Shown here piece by piece: positions 12,748 through 26,218 of a DNA stretch of 64,000 bases. The stretch lies in assembly GCF_009914755.1 (NCBI RefSeq), contig NC_060947.1; one strand, written 5' to 3'. Position numbers and translations under genes: made by a program. The notes below the pieces were generated by a model. That model made no database searches. It saw nothing but the letters and a program-made list of their open reading frames with translations, and was not told the origin of the DNA. Every line of letters starts with the position of its first letter. Position 1 is the first letter of the stretch. The DNA comes from the human T2T-CHM13v2.0 reference genome, Homo sapiens.

Positions 12748-14111
12748 CCCAGGCCCGGGGAGGGCGGGTGCCTGGGCGGAGAGGTCACCTAGGACTTCAA
12801 AGAGTCCCGCCCCAGAATCCCCACTCCTCAGCCTTCTGCACGGTATTTTCCCATCAGCCTCCCTAGTGCACTATCAGGCTTGGCGGCTGGGAGGACGGCA
12901 AATTGGGGTGTCTTCCTTCAGGGCCCCAATTACTCCTTGGGTGTAGGGCAAATAATAAGAAACTTCCATTGAGTGATTTCAAGGTACCAGGCACTGTGCT
13001 CAGTACTTTATGCATGATTCCTGTTCAAGCTTACAACAATCCATTTTGCAGATGAGGAAAACAAAACATGGTGAGTGACAACATAAGATAAAAAGTCAGA
13101 AAGAAAAAAAAAGAAAAGAAAAGAAAAGAAAAGCTAGGAAGATTCCAAGACCCACTTTGATTCACCACACAGTACTACCATTTCTTGGCATTCCCAGCCC
13201 ACCTCACCCTCCTTCCAAATACCCACTTCTTTCCCCACTCCCCCTACGTGATTAAGTCAGGAAGGCTCCTCCCTAGCATCACAAATGCCGCACCTTAAAT
13301 ACACTCTTAAGCAATGCAGTGTGTCCTTGGTGGAAGCTGTTGAGGCTAGACCCCAGGAGACTAGTGGCAGCAGGGAAGAGGTGGTGGATCGGCATTGTGG
13401 GATTCAGAGCCCCCAGAAGCAGCAAGCCAAGTTACCTGTGTGACCCTGGAACGTGGGTATGAGGAGCCTGGTTTAGCCAAACACAGGGATGATTCAACAA
13501 GATTATAGGAGTTTAAGCTAAGGTGACTCCAGGGAAAACAGAAGTTTATGTCTTCTGGACAGTAGGAAAGCCACCTCTGAGAACTAAAAGTGGGAAGCAG
13601 CAACATAGAGTGGCTTTTCAAGAAATAAACAGGTGAAGTGCTTCTGTTCAGGCCTGAGAGGGGCTGGCTTCAGATCTGGGGAATTTGATGAGAACCTGAA
13701 GCAAACCTCTGCCTCATCCCACACCATTCCCTGTATCTACCTGCTAGAAAGGTATCCTGAGCTTCTGCTGTCCTCAGACCAGAAGACAATTTGGGCACTT
13801 CTGTGACTGAGTCACAGGTGACAGGAAAAGTCTTTGTCCACCTCTGACTTCCATCTGTCCTGCTTTGGTATAAAACAGTCAGACCCTGTGCCTGAACCCC
13901 GATCCCTACCTCATGTCCCCACTGCAGAGAATGAAGCTACCTCACCCTGCAGACAGTTTGTGCTGACCTCCTCCTTGCCATCCCCTATCTGGTCCACTTC
14001 TGTTCACAGGTCCCTGAAGCTGTGGGCTTCTTGGCTGTGGATACTCTTGTCTCCCCACCTAGCCTGCAAGTGAATTACGTGCCAGGTGAGGTAGGATGAA
14101 TGGAGAGGATC

Positions 14112-14447
14112 TGCTACGGTTTGAATGTGTCCCCCAAAGTTCACGTGTTGGAAATTCAATCCTCAATGCAACAATGTTGGGGCATGTTTAGGTTCCAAGG
14201 GCTCCATCCTCATGAATGGATTAATGCCACTATAAAAAGGGCCTGAGACAGCAAATTTGACCTCTTGCTCCTTCTAACCCTCATTGCCCTTCTGCCATGG
14301 GATGACATATTGGGAAGGCCTTTGCCAGATGCCAACATCTCATCTTGGAATTTGCAGACTCTAGAACCATGATACAATAAATTTCTCTTCAATGTAAATT
14401 ACCCCCCTTAGGTATTCTGTACTAGCAGCACAAAATGGACTAACACG
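14112..14447 (+). mobile_element. MaLR solo LTR (MSTB-like)
   Basis: Starts TGCTACGGTTTGAATGTGTCCCCCAAAGTTCACGTGTTGGAAA, has an internal AATAAA, ends ...GGACTAACACG; 5-bp TSD ggatc/agatc. Confidence 0.85.
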
Positions 14448-14874
14448 AGATCCTTGTGGGATCTTCTTGGAATCTCTTTTGCTTAGTTCCAACAGTGCAA
14501 GTCAGCCAGGAGCCTGGGGATCTAAGACTTTGAATAAAAGGCAGACTGATAAACCCTTCTCTATGTCCAACTGGCAATGAGGGCAGGAGAGGATCCACAC
14601 GGTTCCATGGTATCTGGAGAAAATTCATTAGCAAACAGCATTTTCCCCAAACAAAGGTAATCAGTTACCTTGTGCTCCATGAGGTATATTTTTAAAAGGG
14701 ATGGGGGTGGGGATTGAATTAGAACCTAGGACTTGGTCATAGGAAAAACAGCAGCCACCTGTTGTCCCCACATACAGGCAATCATCTGGATCCATTCAGG
14801 ACCCTCAGTCTCTTAGGTGGGATGATTTCTGAGGTCTGTCTTCTCCATCTGCATTGTGTGGCCAAATGAAAAGC

Positions 14875-14998
14875 AGGACTTTTCAAACTTGAACGTGCAT
14901 ACAAATCACCCAGATTTTGGGTGGGGTCTGAGAAGACACATTTCTAACAAGCTCCAGGTGATGTCAGTGCTGCTGGTCCATGGACCACACACTTTGAT
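14875..14998. mobile_element. MER5-like hAT-Charlie fragment
   Basis: ggtggggtctgaga...catttctaacaagctccaggtgatg...gctgctggtccatggaccacacactttga. Confidence 0.7.
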
Positions 14999-17080
14999 CA
15001 CATTGTCTATTCCAGGCCTCTGCCTCCCCATCATTTTGAGAACCAGTTCCATGCTCTAGAGCCCCTTACCTATTCCAAGGTGCTCTTTGTAAGAAAGTGT
15101 CCATTCATTATACCAGCATTTATTAAACACCTGCTATGCTGAGCCCTGGGAAAGAGATGAAAAGGATGGAGTCTGTCCCTGCCTTCATGGGGCTCATGCT
15201 CTGTCAGGGAAGACATACAGGAAGAGTGATCACAAGCATAATTCTGAATATTGCCCTGGAACATAAAGCAGAGCTAGATAACCCAGCCCAGGCAACCACA
15301 GAGGACCTCCAGGAGGAAATGACATTTCTACTGGGGCTTGGAGGATGAATAGGAGTTAATTAGCTACTGAGGAAGATGAGCACTCCAGGCAGGCTGATCA
15401 GCAAGTGCTAAATTGAGAGGCAAGCCTGAGGCTGGAATAATGGAAGAAACATACACAGGCTAAGGTAGAAAGAACATCTTTGGCTACCTTTATGACTTAT
15501 CACAAATACCACAAAATTAATAGTGAAGAATACGATGATAACAGTAGACGATTAACAATAAATACAATGATAGGAATCATCACTTATTTTTGTGTATGTT
15601 TCTGTCTTCCCCTCCCAACTAGATAATCAATTCCTGCTGGAAGGGATAATACATTATCTTTTATTCATCCATTCAAGAATAATTTATTTAGCAACAACTG
15701 TGTGTCAGACATTGTGCTCATCATTAGGTATATGCCATTATAAACAAGAAGCAATGTGAATTCTGGGAAAACTAAATATGGAAACAGACCATTACAATAA
15801 ACCTAATTCACGTTCCAATGGAGCAGTACTCAACAGCTCTAACCAAAAGGCGCAGAGGAGTGCAGTTTGCCCCTAGCAGTGTTTGTGTGCCTTTTCAACT
15901 TGATGAAATCTATGTCCCTTTCATCAATTAAAATGAACTTACTTTCCTTTCATTTTTTTATTAGAAGATTCCCAAAGAGATAAAATGTTCTTATTACTTC
16001 TTTCTTACTGTCCAGCTTTTCATTAACGGATATTTCAGCGAATGTCTCATGATGCCACAGGCGGTTTCAATAAAGAAGTAGGCTGTGCAGAACAGAGTTA
16101 ACCAGATATTATCTAAGTTGTACATTTCGCTTTTTTTTTTAATGCAGGAAGCTTGACAGGGGATAGAAGATTTGTTTTAAAATTAGATTCTTCAGAGCTT
16201 TCCATTTTTTCCCCAATGACTCTGTTAATCTTTTTAAAAACATATAGAGGGATAAAGTGATGAAAGGGTCAGCCGTTACAGCCAGGATAGCTTTTTAATA
16301 ATGTTGAATTGGAAGTGTTATAGGGCTCCTGGTTCTGCCCAGTGCAGTGTTCATCATCAGCTTGGATCCTAATCTGAAAGCATCCAAATCTTTCCCTTGA
16401 GGTCAATGAGAAGGTGGTAGGGGACCCTTCAATGGGGCAAGACCTTGCTTTTGGACCCAAGGACTTGTTTAGGGGGGATCACACATCCTCAGGCAACACA
16501 GAAGTTGGAGGAGCCCAGCTTCAATCCAAGTCAAGGCCTTTCACAGGAAAATGGGCTACAGAATCTAGGCCCACCTCAAAAGTCCACAGGCTGGTTTAAG
16601 ATGCCAAAGGAAAGACCTACCCCAGAGCCAGGGATTGGTCAGGTATTTGATCAAAGTAAAGTTGGCAAGGAACAAGTCAAATGACAGGTGGGCATTCACA
16701 ACTCACCTCAATAGACCGACAGCCATGTGAAGGTGCTGACCTGGCTTATAGAGACAAGATTGAGACAGAAAGAAAAATAACTTTTACTTTCCAAAGAACC
16801 AGAATATGGCCTTTTTCCTTATGGTTCCATTGTCATAGTATGAGCAGGACAGGAAACATAGGGGCACATTACAGAGGGGTTGGCCCCAGAACATACAAAG
16901 TCAGGCAGAGACACGAAGTCACAGGTCTTCGGAAAGATAGAGGTCATCCCCAAACATGCTGTAGAGCATGTTGAAGAAAAACAAGACCTTATTTGCATTA
17001 TAAGTGCTAAGCAATCTGCACCCAAAGTGAATTTTTTTTAACAATGAGTGATGTCAAGACTAAGAATATTTCTACAACTT

Positions 17081-17228
17081 GGCAGGGTATGGTGGCTTAT
17101 GCCTGTAATCCTAGCACTTTGGGAGGCTGATGTGGGCAGATTGCTGGAGCTCAGGAGTTTGAGACAAGCCTGGGCAATATAGTGAGACCTCATCTCTAAA
17201 AGAAAATAATAACTTAAAAAATAAAAAA
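17081..17228 (+). mobile_element. Alu left monomer (FLAM-like)
   Basis: Single monomer plus A-rich tail; flanks aagaatatttctacaact / aagaatacttcataact resemble a decayed TSD. Confidence 0.85.
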
Positions 17229-18004
17229 GAATACTTCATAACTCATACATGGGGCCTTAAACAAGGAATGATGTATCAGAACAGATGACATGAAAAGAAC
17301 TGTATGGCACACAGAGGAAGGTCAAATAGCAAAAATTCTGATCAAGAAGAAGTGAAAATCAGAACAAACATTTCTTAAGAACATTGGGTCAAGGATTTTC
17401 ACCAATTCTTTTAGTAAAAAGGAAATTAAAAATAAATATTAGGGGCCGAATACTAATTATTGGTTGTTGAACAGAGTTATTTTGAATGAATTTTTCTTCT
17501 TTATATAATTCTAACTTCATAGTGTAAGCTCACTGATGCAGAATCAATTATTTGGTTACATTTATGTAGCCTTGAGTTAAATAATCTCTCCATGTTTTGT
17601 TATAAAATAGATATTTATGTCATGTAGACTCCTGATGATGATTGCAATCAAGCGTCTGGTAACTATGGGTAATCAGATAAGAAAAGTAGCTCTTCTTATA
17701 GATGGCTACTGTAGTAAGACATATTCCTGGCTGGGAGAGTTATTCGTTACAAAATGATGCTCATAGCTTGGACTTGTGTTAACTTGAACTCTTCTAAGTA
17801 ATAGAAAGCCAATTTTTATGAATGGTTGAAACAAAGTATTTGTTTGTATGGGAGAGAGCAAATTAGAGACACTACAGGAAGTTAAAGCCTATGGTTGAGG
17901 GTAATGTGTCTACTCCCACAGAACTGAGGATTCTATGCTCACAAATCAACCAAAATCCAAGAGACTGTGTCACAGCCTGGAATACCTGGGAAACGAACGG
18001 GAGG

Positions 18005-19550
18005 TATTCTTATATCTGAAAGTCTGTATCCTTTGACCAACATCTCATTTTCCCATCCCCAAGCTTCTGGCAGTCGCCATTCTACTCTCTGTTTCTATGA
18101 GTTTGACTTTTTTTAGATTCCACATATAAGTGAGATTATGCAGTATTTGTCTTTTTCTGTATAGTCTTACTTCATTTAGCATAATGTACCACAGTTTCTC
18201 ATCCATGTTGTCACAAATGGCAGGATTTTATTCCTTGTTATGGCTGAATAGTATTCTACTGTGTATATATACCACATTTGCTTTATCCATTCATCTGTTG
18301 TTGGACACTTAGATTGATTCCATGTGTTGGCTATTGTAAATAATGCTGCAATGAACATGAGACTACAGATCTCTCTTCGACATACTGATTTCATTTCCTT
18401 TGTATATATACCTGGAATATATACAAAGGGTTATAGGGTTATATGGGTTATATATCAGTTCTATTTTTAGTTTTTTTGAGAAACCATCATGTCAGCTGTG
18501 GTGGAAATTTCCACCAACCCACCAACAGTGTACAAGGGTTCCATTTTCTCCACATCCTCACCAACACTTATCTCTCTTTCTCTCTCTTTTTATAATAGTG
18601 CATAAGGTGATATCTCATTGTAGTTTTGACTCACATTTCACTCATGATTAGTGATGCTGAGCACCCTTTCAGGTGTCTGTTGGCTTTTTGTATGTCTTAT
18701 GTGGAGAAATGTCTATTCAGGTCCTTTGCTCATTTTTTAATTGAGTTATTTGATTTTTTTTGTTTTACTGTTGAGTTGTATGAGTTCCTTTTATATTTTG
18801 GATACCAGCTTTTTATCAGATGTATGATTTGCTAATATTTTATCTTATTCCATAGTAACCTTTTCATAGTGTTGACTGTTTCCTTTGCTGTGCAGAAACT
18901 TCTTAGTTTGATGTAGTCCTCTTGTTTATTTTTTATTTTGTTGCCTGTGCTTTTGGTATCATATCCAAAAAACAACAACAACAACAACAACAACGAAACA
19001 CTGCCAAGACCAATGTCAAGGAGTTTTTTTTCCTGTTTTCTTCTAGGTGTTTTATGGTTTCAGGTCTTATATTTAATGAAGTCTATATTCCTTTTTGCAT
19101 ACAGTGCATGATAAGCATGCAATTTCATTATTTTGCATGTGAATACCCAATTTTCTCAACACCATTTGTGGAAGAGACTGCCCTTTCTTGATTGTGTTTT
19201 CTTAGCACCTTTGTCAAAGATTAATTGACTATATATGCATGGGTTTATTTCAGGGATCTCTTCTACGTTTCATTGGTCTGTGTGTCTGTTTTTATGCTAG
19301 TAACATACTGTTTTGATTACTATAGCTTTGTAACATAGTTTGAAACCAGGAAGCGTGATGCCTCCAGCTTTGTTCTTCTCTCTCAAGATTGTTTTGGCAA
19401 TTTGGGTCTTTTGTGTTTCCATATGAATTTTAGGATCATTTATTCTATTTCTTTGAAAAATGACTTTGGGATTCCTTGAATCTATAGATCACTTTGGGTA
19501 GTATGAACATTTTGACAATATTAATTATTCAATCCATAAACAAGGGATAC
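18005..19550 (-). mobile_element. Old L1 (L1MA/MB-like) ORF2 end and 3'UTR
   Basis: ORF 18176..18394 translates to the L1 ORF2 C-terminus ([40 protein letters not shown]). Confidence 0.9.
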
Positions 19551-19729
19551 CTATAAAACATATTTTAAAGCTTCTATGACTAAAGCAGAGTGGCATCAGT
19601 TCATGAATAGACAAAATATTCAACAGATTGGAAAGTAAGAAATTGATTCTACTGCATATAGAAATTTATCATGTAATTAAAAGGAGCATCACAAATCCAT
19701 GAGGAAAAGACGGAGATTGTCATTTCTCC

Positions 19730-20840
19730 ATAAATTTTATTTTACACAGTCTCAAACTTACAGAAAATTTGCAAGTACAGTACAAAGAACCTTTTATTCC
19801 CCTGAAGCATTTGAGAATAAGTTGTTGACATTATGTTCTATCACTACCCCCAGTACTTTAGTGTGTATTTTCTATGAACAAAGTCATTCTCCTACATAAC
19901 TACAATATGGCCCTCAAAGTCAGAAAATTAACAATGAATTATAACTACCAACTAATCCTCCTATCCCATTCAATCTTTGCCAATTGTGTCAATAATACCT
20001 TTTCTAGCAAAAGAACCCAGTCCTGGATCACATGTTGCCTTTAGTTGTGCAGTCTCTGTAGACTCCTTTAATTTAGAATAATTCTCAATCTTGCCTTGAC
20101 TTTTCATGACCTTGACACTTTAGACGAATTTTGTATAATTACAAGACATTTTGTAGAATGTCCTTTAATTTGGGTTTGTCTGATGTTTCCTTGTTATTAG
20201 ATTCCTAATGTGTATCTTTGGCAGAAATATTATAGAGGCACATTTGTGTTCTCCTAATTGCCTCCTATTCTGTGGTGCACAATTTTAATTTGTCCCATTA
20301 CTGGTGATGTTAATTTTGATTTCTTGGTTATAGTGGTATCTGCCAGGCTTCTACTATAAAGTTACGCTTTTTACTTTTGTAGTAATTATTTTGTGGAAAA
20401 GTACTTTGAGACTATGTAAATACCTTGGTCTTCATCAAACCTTCAATGTATTCACCTATTTATATAAGTATTAACTCACAGATTCTTATCTTATTCAATG
20501 GGTTATAATCCATTGCTAACTTTATTTATTTTCATACTCAAATTATCTGCGAGTTAGCCAGTGGGTATCCCTTCAAGATGACTTCTCTGTGTCTAAAATT
20601 TCCCTCAAAATGTAGTATTTAATAAATGGTATCAAAATAACTGTATAGCCATAAATAAAAAGATAAAATTGGATCCATTCTTCACATTGTACACCAGGAT
20701 ACATTCCAAATAGATCTGGAATTTAAATGTAAAACAATGAAACATGATGAGTGAAATGCTACATAAACTGAGAGTGGGAAAAACTTCCCTAACACTGACT
20801 CAAATGCAGAAGTATCAAAAGAGAAGATGAACAAATGTGA
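19730..20840. mobile_element. Ancient L1 fragments (L1MC/ME-like)
   Basis: L1MC-type 3'-end phrase (aaacttacagaaaatttgcaagtacagtacaaagaac) plus degenerate ORF2 sequence at ~20610-20840. Confidence 0.6.
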
Positions 20841-21039
20841 TCAACCTCGCTCTTGTGGTGTTCACATGATGTCCAGGATCCTTTACCTGGCTTCAAGGCA
20901 TCCTGTGAGCTGACTTTAGTCTCGCCTGCTTTCAGCAGCACTCCCAATAATTCCACAACATAGATCCTCTTGGGCAAGCCTCCTCAAGTTCACCCAGGCC
21001 CATTCCAGCCTCTGCATATTTTCCAGGAACAAGGAGAGA

Positions 21040-21176
21040 GCCCTTCCCAGAACCCAAGCAGCTGGCACCCTCATCTCTGACTTCCCAGCCTCCAGAACTG
21101 TGAGAAACAGACTTCCATTGTTTAAGCCACCCAGACTGTGGCATTTTGTTATGGCAGCCTGAGCAGAAGAAACACA
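21040..21176 (+). mobile_element. MLT1 LTR 3' fragment
   Basis: gacttcccagcctccagaactgtgagaaa...tgtttaagccacccagactgtggcattttgttatggcagcc. Confidence 0.8.
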
Positions 21177-21711
21177 GAATGGCAGGCTCTTTTTCTCTTC
21201 TACTCTTAGCCCTCCTCAGGCTACATTTTTTTTAATTTTTTAAATTTTGTTTACTTTTTCTGCTCATGTACCCTTTCTGAGTCACTTTGCTAAAGACTCC
21301 TGTGCCATCTCTGTTACTTCTGCATGATTTCTTCCTTCTTGTTTCCCTGGTCACATGGTTTCCCAATTTCCCAAGCCTAGCTACTAAGCTACTTTGGTGA
21401 AGCCGTTCATGTTACTGGGAATGTTGCCTTTTCTCTCTCAGTAAATCAAATGACCCATTAGCCAGTCCTTGAAATACCTTATGCCCATAAAAAATCTACA
21501 GTGGAAATGTCTTCAAATTTTACTGTGATTTCTCTAATAGATAGTCTTGAGTTTAGGTAGTTGGGGGTGGGGCGGATATTTTAAAATTGGAAAATTTTAG
21601 CTAAAGGATTTTTAAAAGGAAGCCGGCAGAGTTCAACTAAGTCCTTTACACACTTTTTGAAAGAAGCGATGTGACAAAGCCTATGGTCTCACTTTGTTTT
21701 CTTGTGTGTTA

Positions 21712-21905
21712 CTTGGAAAATTGCTAAAACAATGGATTTTTAACATTCTTACCATACACAAAAAGAATGATAAGTTGGGGAGGTGATGGATATGTTAATA
21801 GGCTTAATAGAATCTTTCTATTCTACAATGTATACATAGATCAAAACACCACATTGTACTCCATAAACATATACAATTATTATTTGTCAATTAAAAATAA
21901 GTGAA
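21712..21905 (+). mobile_element. L1MA-type 3' end
   Basis: gaggtgatggatatgttaat...acaatgtatacatagatcaaaacaccacattgtac...tttgtcaattaaaaataa. Confidence 0.8.
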
Positions 21906-23665
21906 TAAATATTATCGGTTTTAAAAAAATGTTCTGTATGCTATAACAACTTTTTCACAGCTATCTGGCCACGTAGAGTAAAACTATGATTATGCTAAGG
22001 ATTCCAAGATTCTCTGAACTCCTAGGGTGCTTTCTAAATTGTCTAACAGAAAAAAGATAAAATTATGCTCACTATAGAGACCCAACCAAATGCAGTGTGT
22101 AGACTTATTTGGATCCTGATTAGAGGAAACCAATTGTATTTTGGGAACAGCTGAGGAAACTTGAATATGGGCTAGATGACATTAAGAAATTATTGTTCAT
22201 ATTGATATATGTCATAACAGCATGGTGGTTATATTAGAAATGTCCTTGTCAAATAGAGATGCATACTTAAGTATTAGAGGATGAAATGACACAGTGTTTG
22301 AGTTTTGGTGTAAAGCACTCTAGGAAAAAAAATAGTGGTGGCTAGTAGATAAAACAAAACTGGCAAAACAGTGACAGGTGTTGAAGCTGAGTGAGAGGTG
22401 CATGGGGGATTTATTATATTATTCTTTCTACTTGTATGAATTTATGAAAATTTTCAGAATAAAATGTTTTAATAGTGTATTGACTATAATTTTATTAAAC
22501 ATATTTTACTATGCTCAAATGATTTGAAAGTTGGTAACCAGTTGGTAACTTTGTGCAACTAGGTTGAGTAATAGAGGATTTGCTATAGTCTAAAGAAAAT
22601 AAAGTTTTTGCATCTTTCTTACTCTGGTGAATCATTCAGTTTATTTTTTCTCCACCTGGAAATTCCCTGGAAAAAAATACAAATAAACCTTTCTACCTCC
22701 TCAAGACACATGAAAATTTAACACCTTTTAATCTTTAGAGGACTAGTGATGTGAGTCACAGAGCTGGTAAAGATCTTTGGAGCCATTTGTACAACCCCTC
22801 TGTTACCTCCCTCCAGCAGCCTACCTAAAGCCTTGGAGGCAAAGAACAAGGTCAGCAGCAGGCAGGCTCAAACAGTGAGGGAATAGAATACCCAGAGGTC
22901 TCGAAATAGGAACAGGAAGTAATGTCATCTCTAAAATTTCCTTCTGTTAACAACAGCACCCATTTGTACAGCCAAGATGAGAACTCAGAACTCCTGGCTA
23001 AGAAAAGCAAGTATAAAAAAGCTCAAATATTGTGAAGTCACATTTTATGTGATGTAGCTCCTGTTTGTATAGTATTCTGCTATATGTGGGACATTTACTG
23101 GTAAATACCAGGTAGCAGAACATTTTCAAGGTCCAAAAAGCACTACTCAGAGTTGGTGTTGCAAATAGAAATTGACCTGCTGAAATCAGGTTGGGTGCTA
23201 TTTTGCAAAAATTGCTTTCTTGGCGTTCAAGTGAAGTCATTTCATCAAGTGCTGAGATTTTAGGGAAATCCCAGTAATTTTCAGTCATAATATTCACTGT
23301 AGAACTAGAAAAATGGTCATTTATTGCAAAGTGCTACAGTGAAAAAAATATTATTTGAGGTATAATTTCCATGGTTAATTATCTAAGTAATTGAGGTTAG
23401 AACAAGTTGTTTCTCTACGTTACCAACATACCAATGCCTTATGTAAAACTCAGGTTTGGAATGTAAGGAACTAAAAGGCAACTCATCTGCCCTATCCTTC
23501 CGCAAAACAAAACAAAACAAAACAAAAACAAAAACAAATGTAGGACCGGCCTCCTCTCCTAATGTGATATTTAGGAGTCATATCCTAAACTCCACCATTT
23601 CCTGGAAGTCTGTTCTTTACTTTAGATCACAGTTGATTTAGCTATGATGTGAATATGAACTAGTA

Positions 23666-24083
<418 letters not shown>

Positions 24084-24246
24084 TATAAATAGTCACTGTC
24101 CCTATCTTTGGAGGAAGAATAACTTTCTACCTACATTAAAGGAATAAGACAACTGATTGCTTATTTGGGTACTGACTGTACATCCAGTTCTGTGTCACAT
24201 GTCCTTGGAGATGTAGGGAAAATATTAGAGAGCCTTTGCCCTAAAG

Positions 24247-24436
24247 AGGGTTGCCATATTGAACAAATAAAAATATAGATGCCCAGTTAAATTTGAATTT
24301 CAGATAATCAATGAATAAAATTTTAAGATATATTTTCCCATGCAACATTTGCCACATACTCATACTAAAAAAATTATTTAATGTCTCTCTGAAATTCAAA
24401 TTTAGGTAGATGTCCTGTATTTTTTCTGGCAACCCA
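24247..24436. mobile_element. MER53 palindromic hAT MITE
   Basis: GGGTTGCCA...CAGTTAAATTTGAATTTCAGA...TCTGAAATTCAAATTTA...TGGCAACCC; self-complementary, ~190 bp. Confidence 0.85.
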
Positions 24437-25186
24437 GTCTCCCAAAAATATTTATTTCTGGTTCAGGAAGAGAAATCAACACATGGAAATCAATTTGAGA
24501 GTAATAAGGAGTAGAATATAATCAAATGTTATATTATGGGGCACAAAAAAGGCGAAGTGTTAACAAAAGTGGAACTCCTCCAACAGGCAATATGCTACTC
24601 AAGGAACTATGTCTTTTGGGATTTTTCCTAAGTCCCCAGACCTTAGCACAGTGGCAGTGGTGTTTAATGGATCCTTAATGTGTTTAATAAATGAGCAAAT
24701 AAATAATACATCAGTCAGTGTGAGAGGATTTGAGGTGGGTCTTGAAGGAAGATGAAGATATGTATATATAAAGAATAGCAGAGAAAAGGAAAGGACATAG
24801 CTGTGTTGGCAGGAGACTGGGAAGAAGCAGCTGTCACAAAGGAAAGTTTCTATAGCAGTGGTTCTCAAAATTTTTTCTAACTGAGAATGACTTAAGCGGA
24901 GCAAAAGATTCCACAGCTGCTCATTCTACTTGTTGCACTTTCCAGTAGAAAAAAAATAACTAAAGAAACAAAATTAACTAAAAGTCTACAGAATTGCATG
25001 TGATGCTCCTAGAAAGACTGATGTGAAGATTACATTTTTAGGTCAGTTTTTACCTCTTTAGGGGAGTTCTTGTTACCCACTAGTGGCTTAGGAACTATAT
25101 TTTTAGAAATATTAGACTAGAATGTAGGTGTTAAGTTTCTTGAGATAGAAAATGAAAAGTAAGAAGGCAAATACTAAGTCCTCAAC

Positions 25187-25468
25187 ATTTTTTTTTTTTG
25201 AGACAGAGTCTAGCTCTGTCACCCAGACTAGACTGCAGTGGCAGGATCTCAGCTCACTGCAGCCTCTGGTTCAAGTGGTTCTCCTGCCTCAGCCTCCCGA
25301 GTAGTTGGGACTACAGGCTGCAGCACCACACCTGGCTAATTTTTGTATTTTTAGTAGAGATGGGGCTTCACCATGTTGGCCAGGCTGATCTTGAACTTCT
25401 GGCCTTCAAGTGATCCCCCTACCTCGGCATCCCAAAGTCTTGGGATTACAGGCATGAGCCACCACACG
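25187..25468 (-). mobile_element. Alu (S/J-like, small internal deletion)
   Basis: Poly-T followed by minus-strand Alu; cactgcagcctc|tggttcaag lacks ~8 nt relative to consensus. Confidence 0.9.
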
Positions 25469-25617
25469 TGGTTGACATTTTGAAATGCAAGTATTAATAT
25501 GAAGTGCATATACTCTGGCCTGGCAGAGTTTAAAGGATTTTTTTTTTAAGTCGTTTAAAGCCACCTGGGACGAAGAAGGAACAAGACCTAAATTCTAGAA
25601 TTGCTTCAGGGTAGATC

Positions 25618-26218
25618 AGGTTGAGACCTCAGTATAACTGACATTTGGACAGGATAATTCTTTGTTGTGGGGGGCCACCCTGTGCATTATAGGATGATTA
25701 GCAGCATCACAGCCTTTTATCCAGTTTCTATCGTTTGAGCATTTGGATCCTTCCAAAATTTATGTTGAAACTTAGTCTCCAGTTGAATAATATTAAGAGA
25801 TAGGAACTTTAGGAAGTGACTAAGTCATGAGGACTCCTCTCTTGTGAATGAGACTGAAGCCTTTATGAAAGAGGTTTCATACAGCGTTCATCCCCCTCTT
25901 TGTCCTTCCGCCTTCCACAAAGTGAGCACATAATGTCTGCCTCTTCTACCATATGAGAACATAGCAAGAAGGCCTTCACCAGACACTGAACCTCCTGGTG
26001 CTTTGACTTTCTAGCCTCCAGAACTGTGAGAAACAAATTTCTGCTCTTGATTAATTACCTAGTCTCTGTTTTTTTGTTATAGCAGCACAAACGGACTAAG
26101 ACACCACTAGGCGCCAGTAGTACTCCCTCCCCTATTTGTTTGTGACAAATAAAAATGTCTGCAGACATTGCCAAATGTCCCTGGGGGACAAAATCACCCC
26201 CTATTGAGAACCACTGCT
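25618..26218. mobile_element. MER20 (hAT-Charlie) interrupted by an MST LTR
   Basis: MER20 phrases gacatttggacaggataattctttgttgtggggg...agcagcatc on the left and gacattgccaaatgtccctggggg...ttgagaaccactg on the right. Confidence 0.85.
25726..26103 (+). mobile_element. MaLR solo LTR (MST family)
   Basis: Ends ...ttgttatagcagcacaaacggactaagaca; 5-bp TSD ccagt (25721-25725) / ccact (26104-26108). Confidence 0.85.

Larger units (their letters stand above)
12240..12815. promoter_or_regulatory. CpG island over MAOB promoter/exon 1
   Basis: Abrupt rise in GC and CpG density (cgcg and gcccgcccgcc runs) against AT-rich, CpG-poor flanks. Boundaries estimated by eye. Confidence 0.9.

Noticed and set aside
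11952-12946. Long overlapping ORFs (278, 222, 136, 109 aa) across the promoter
   Set aside because: Pro/Arg/Gly/Ala-rich translations expected from stop-poor CpG-island DNA. The real exon is the 46-nt MAOB frame.
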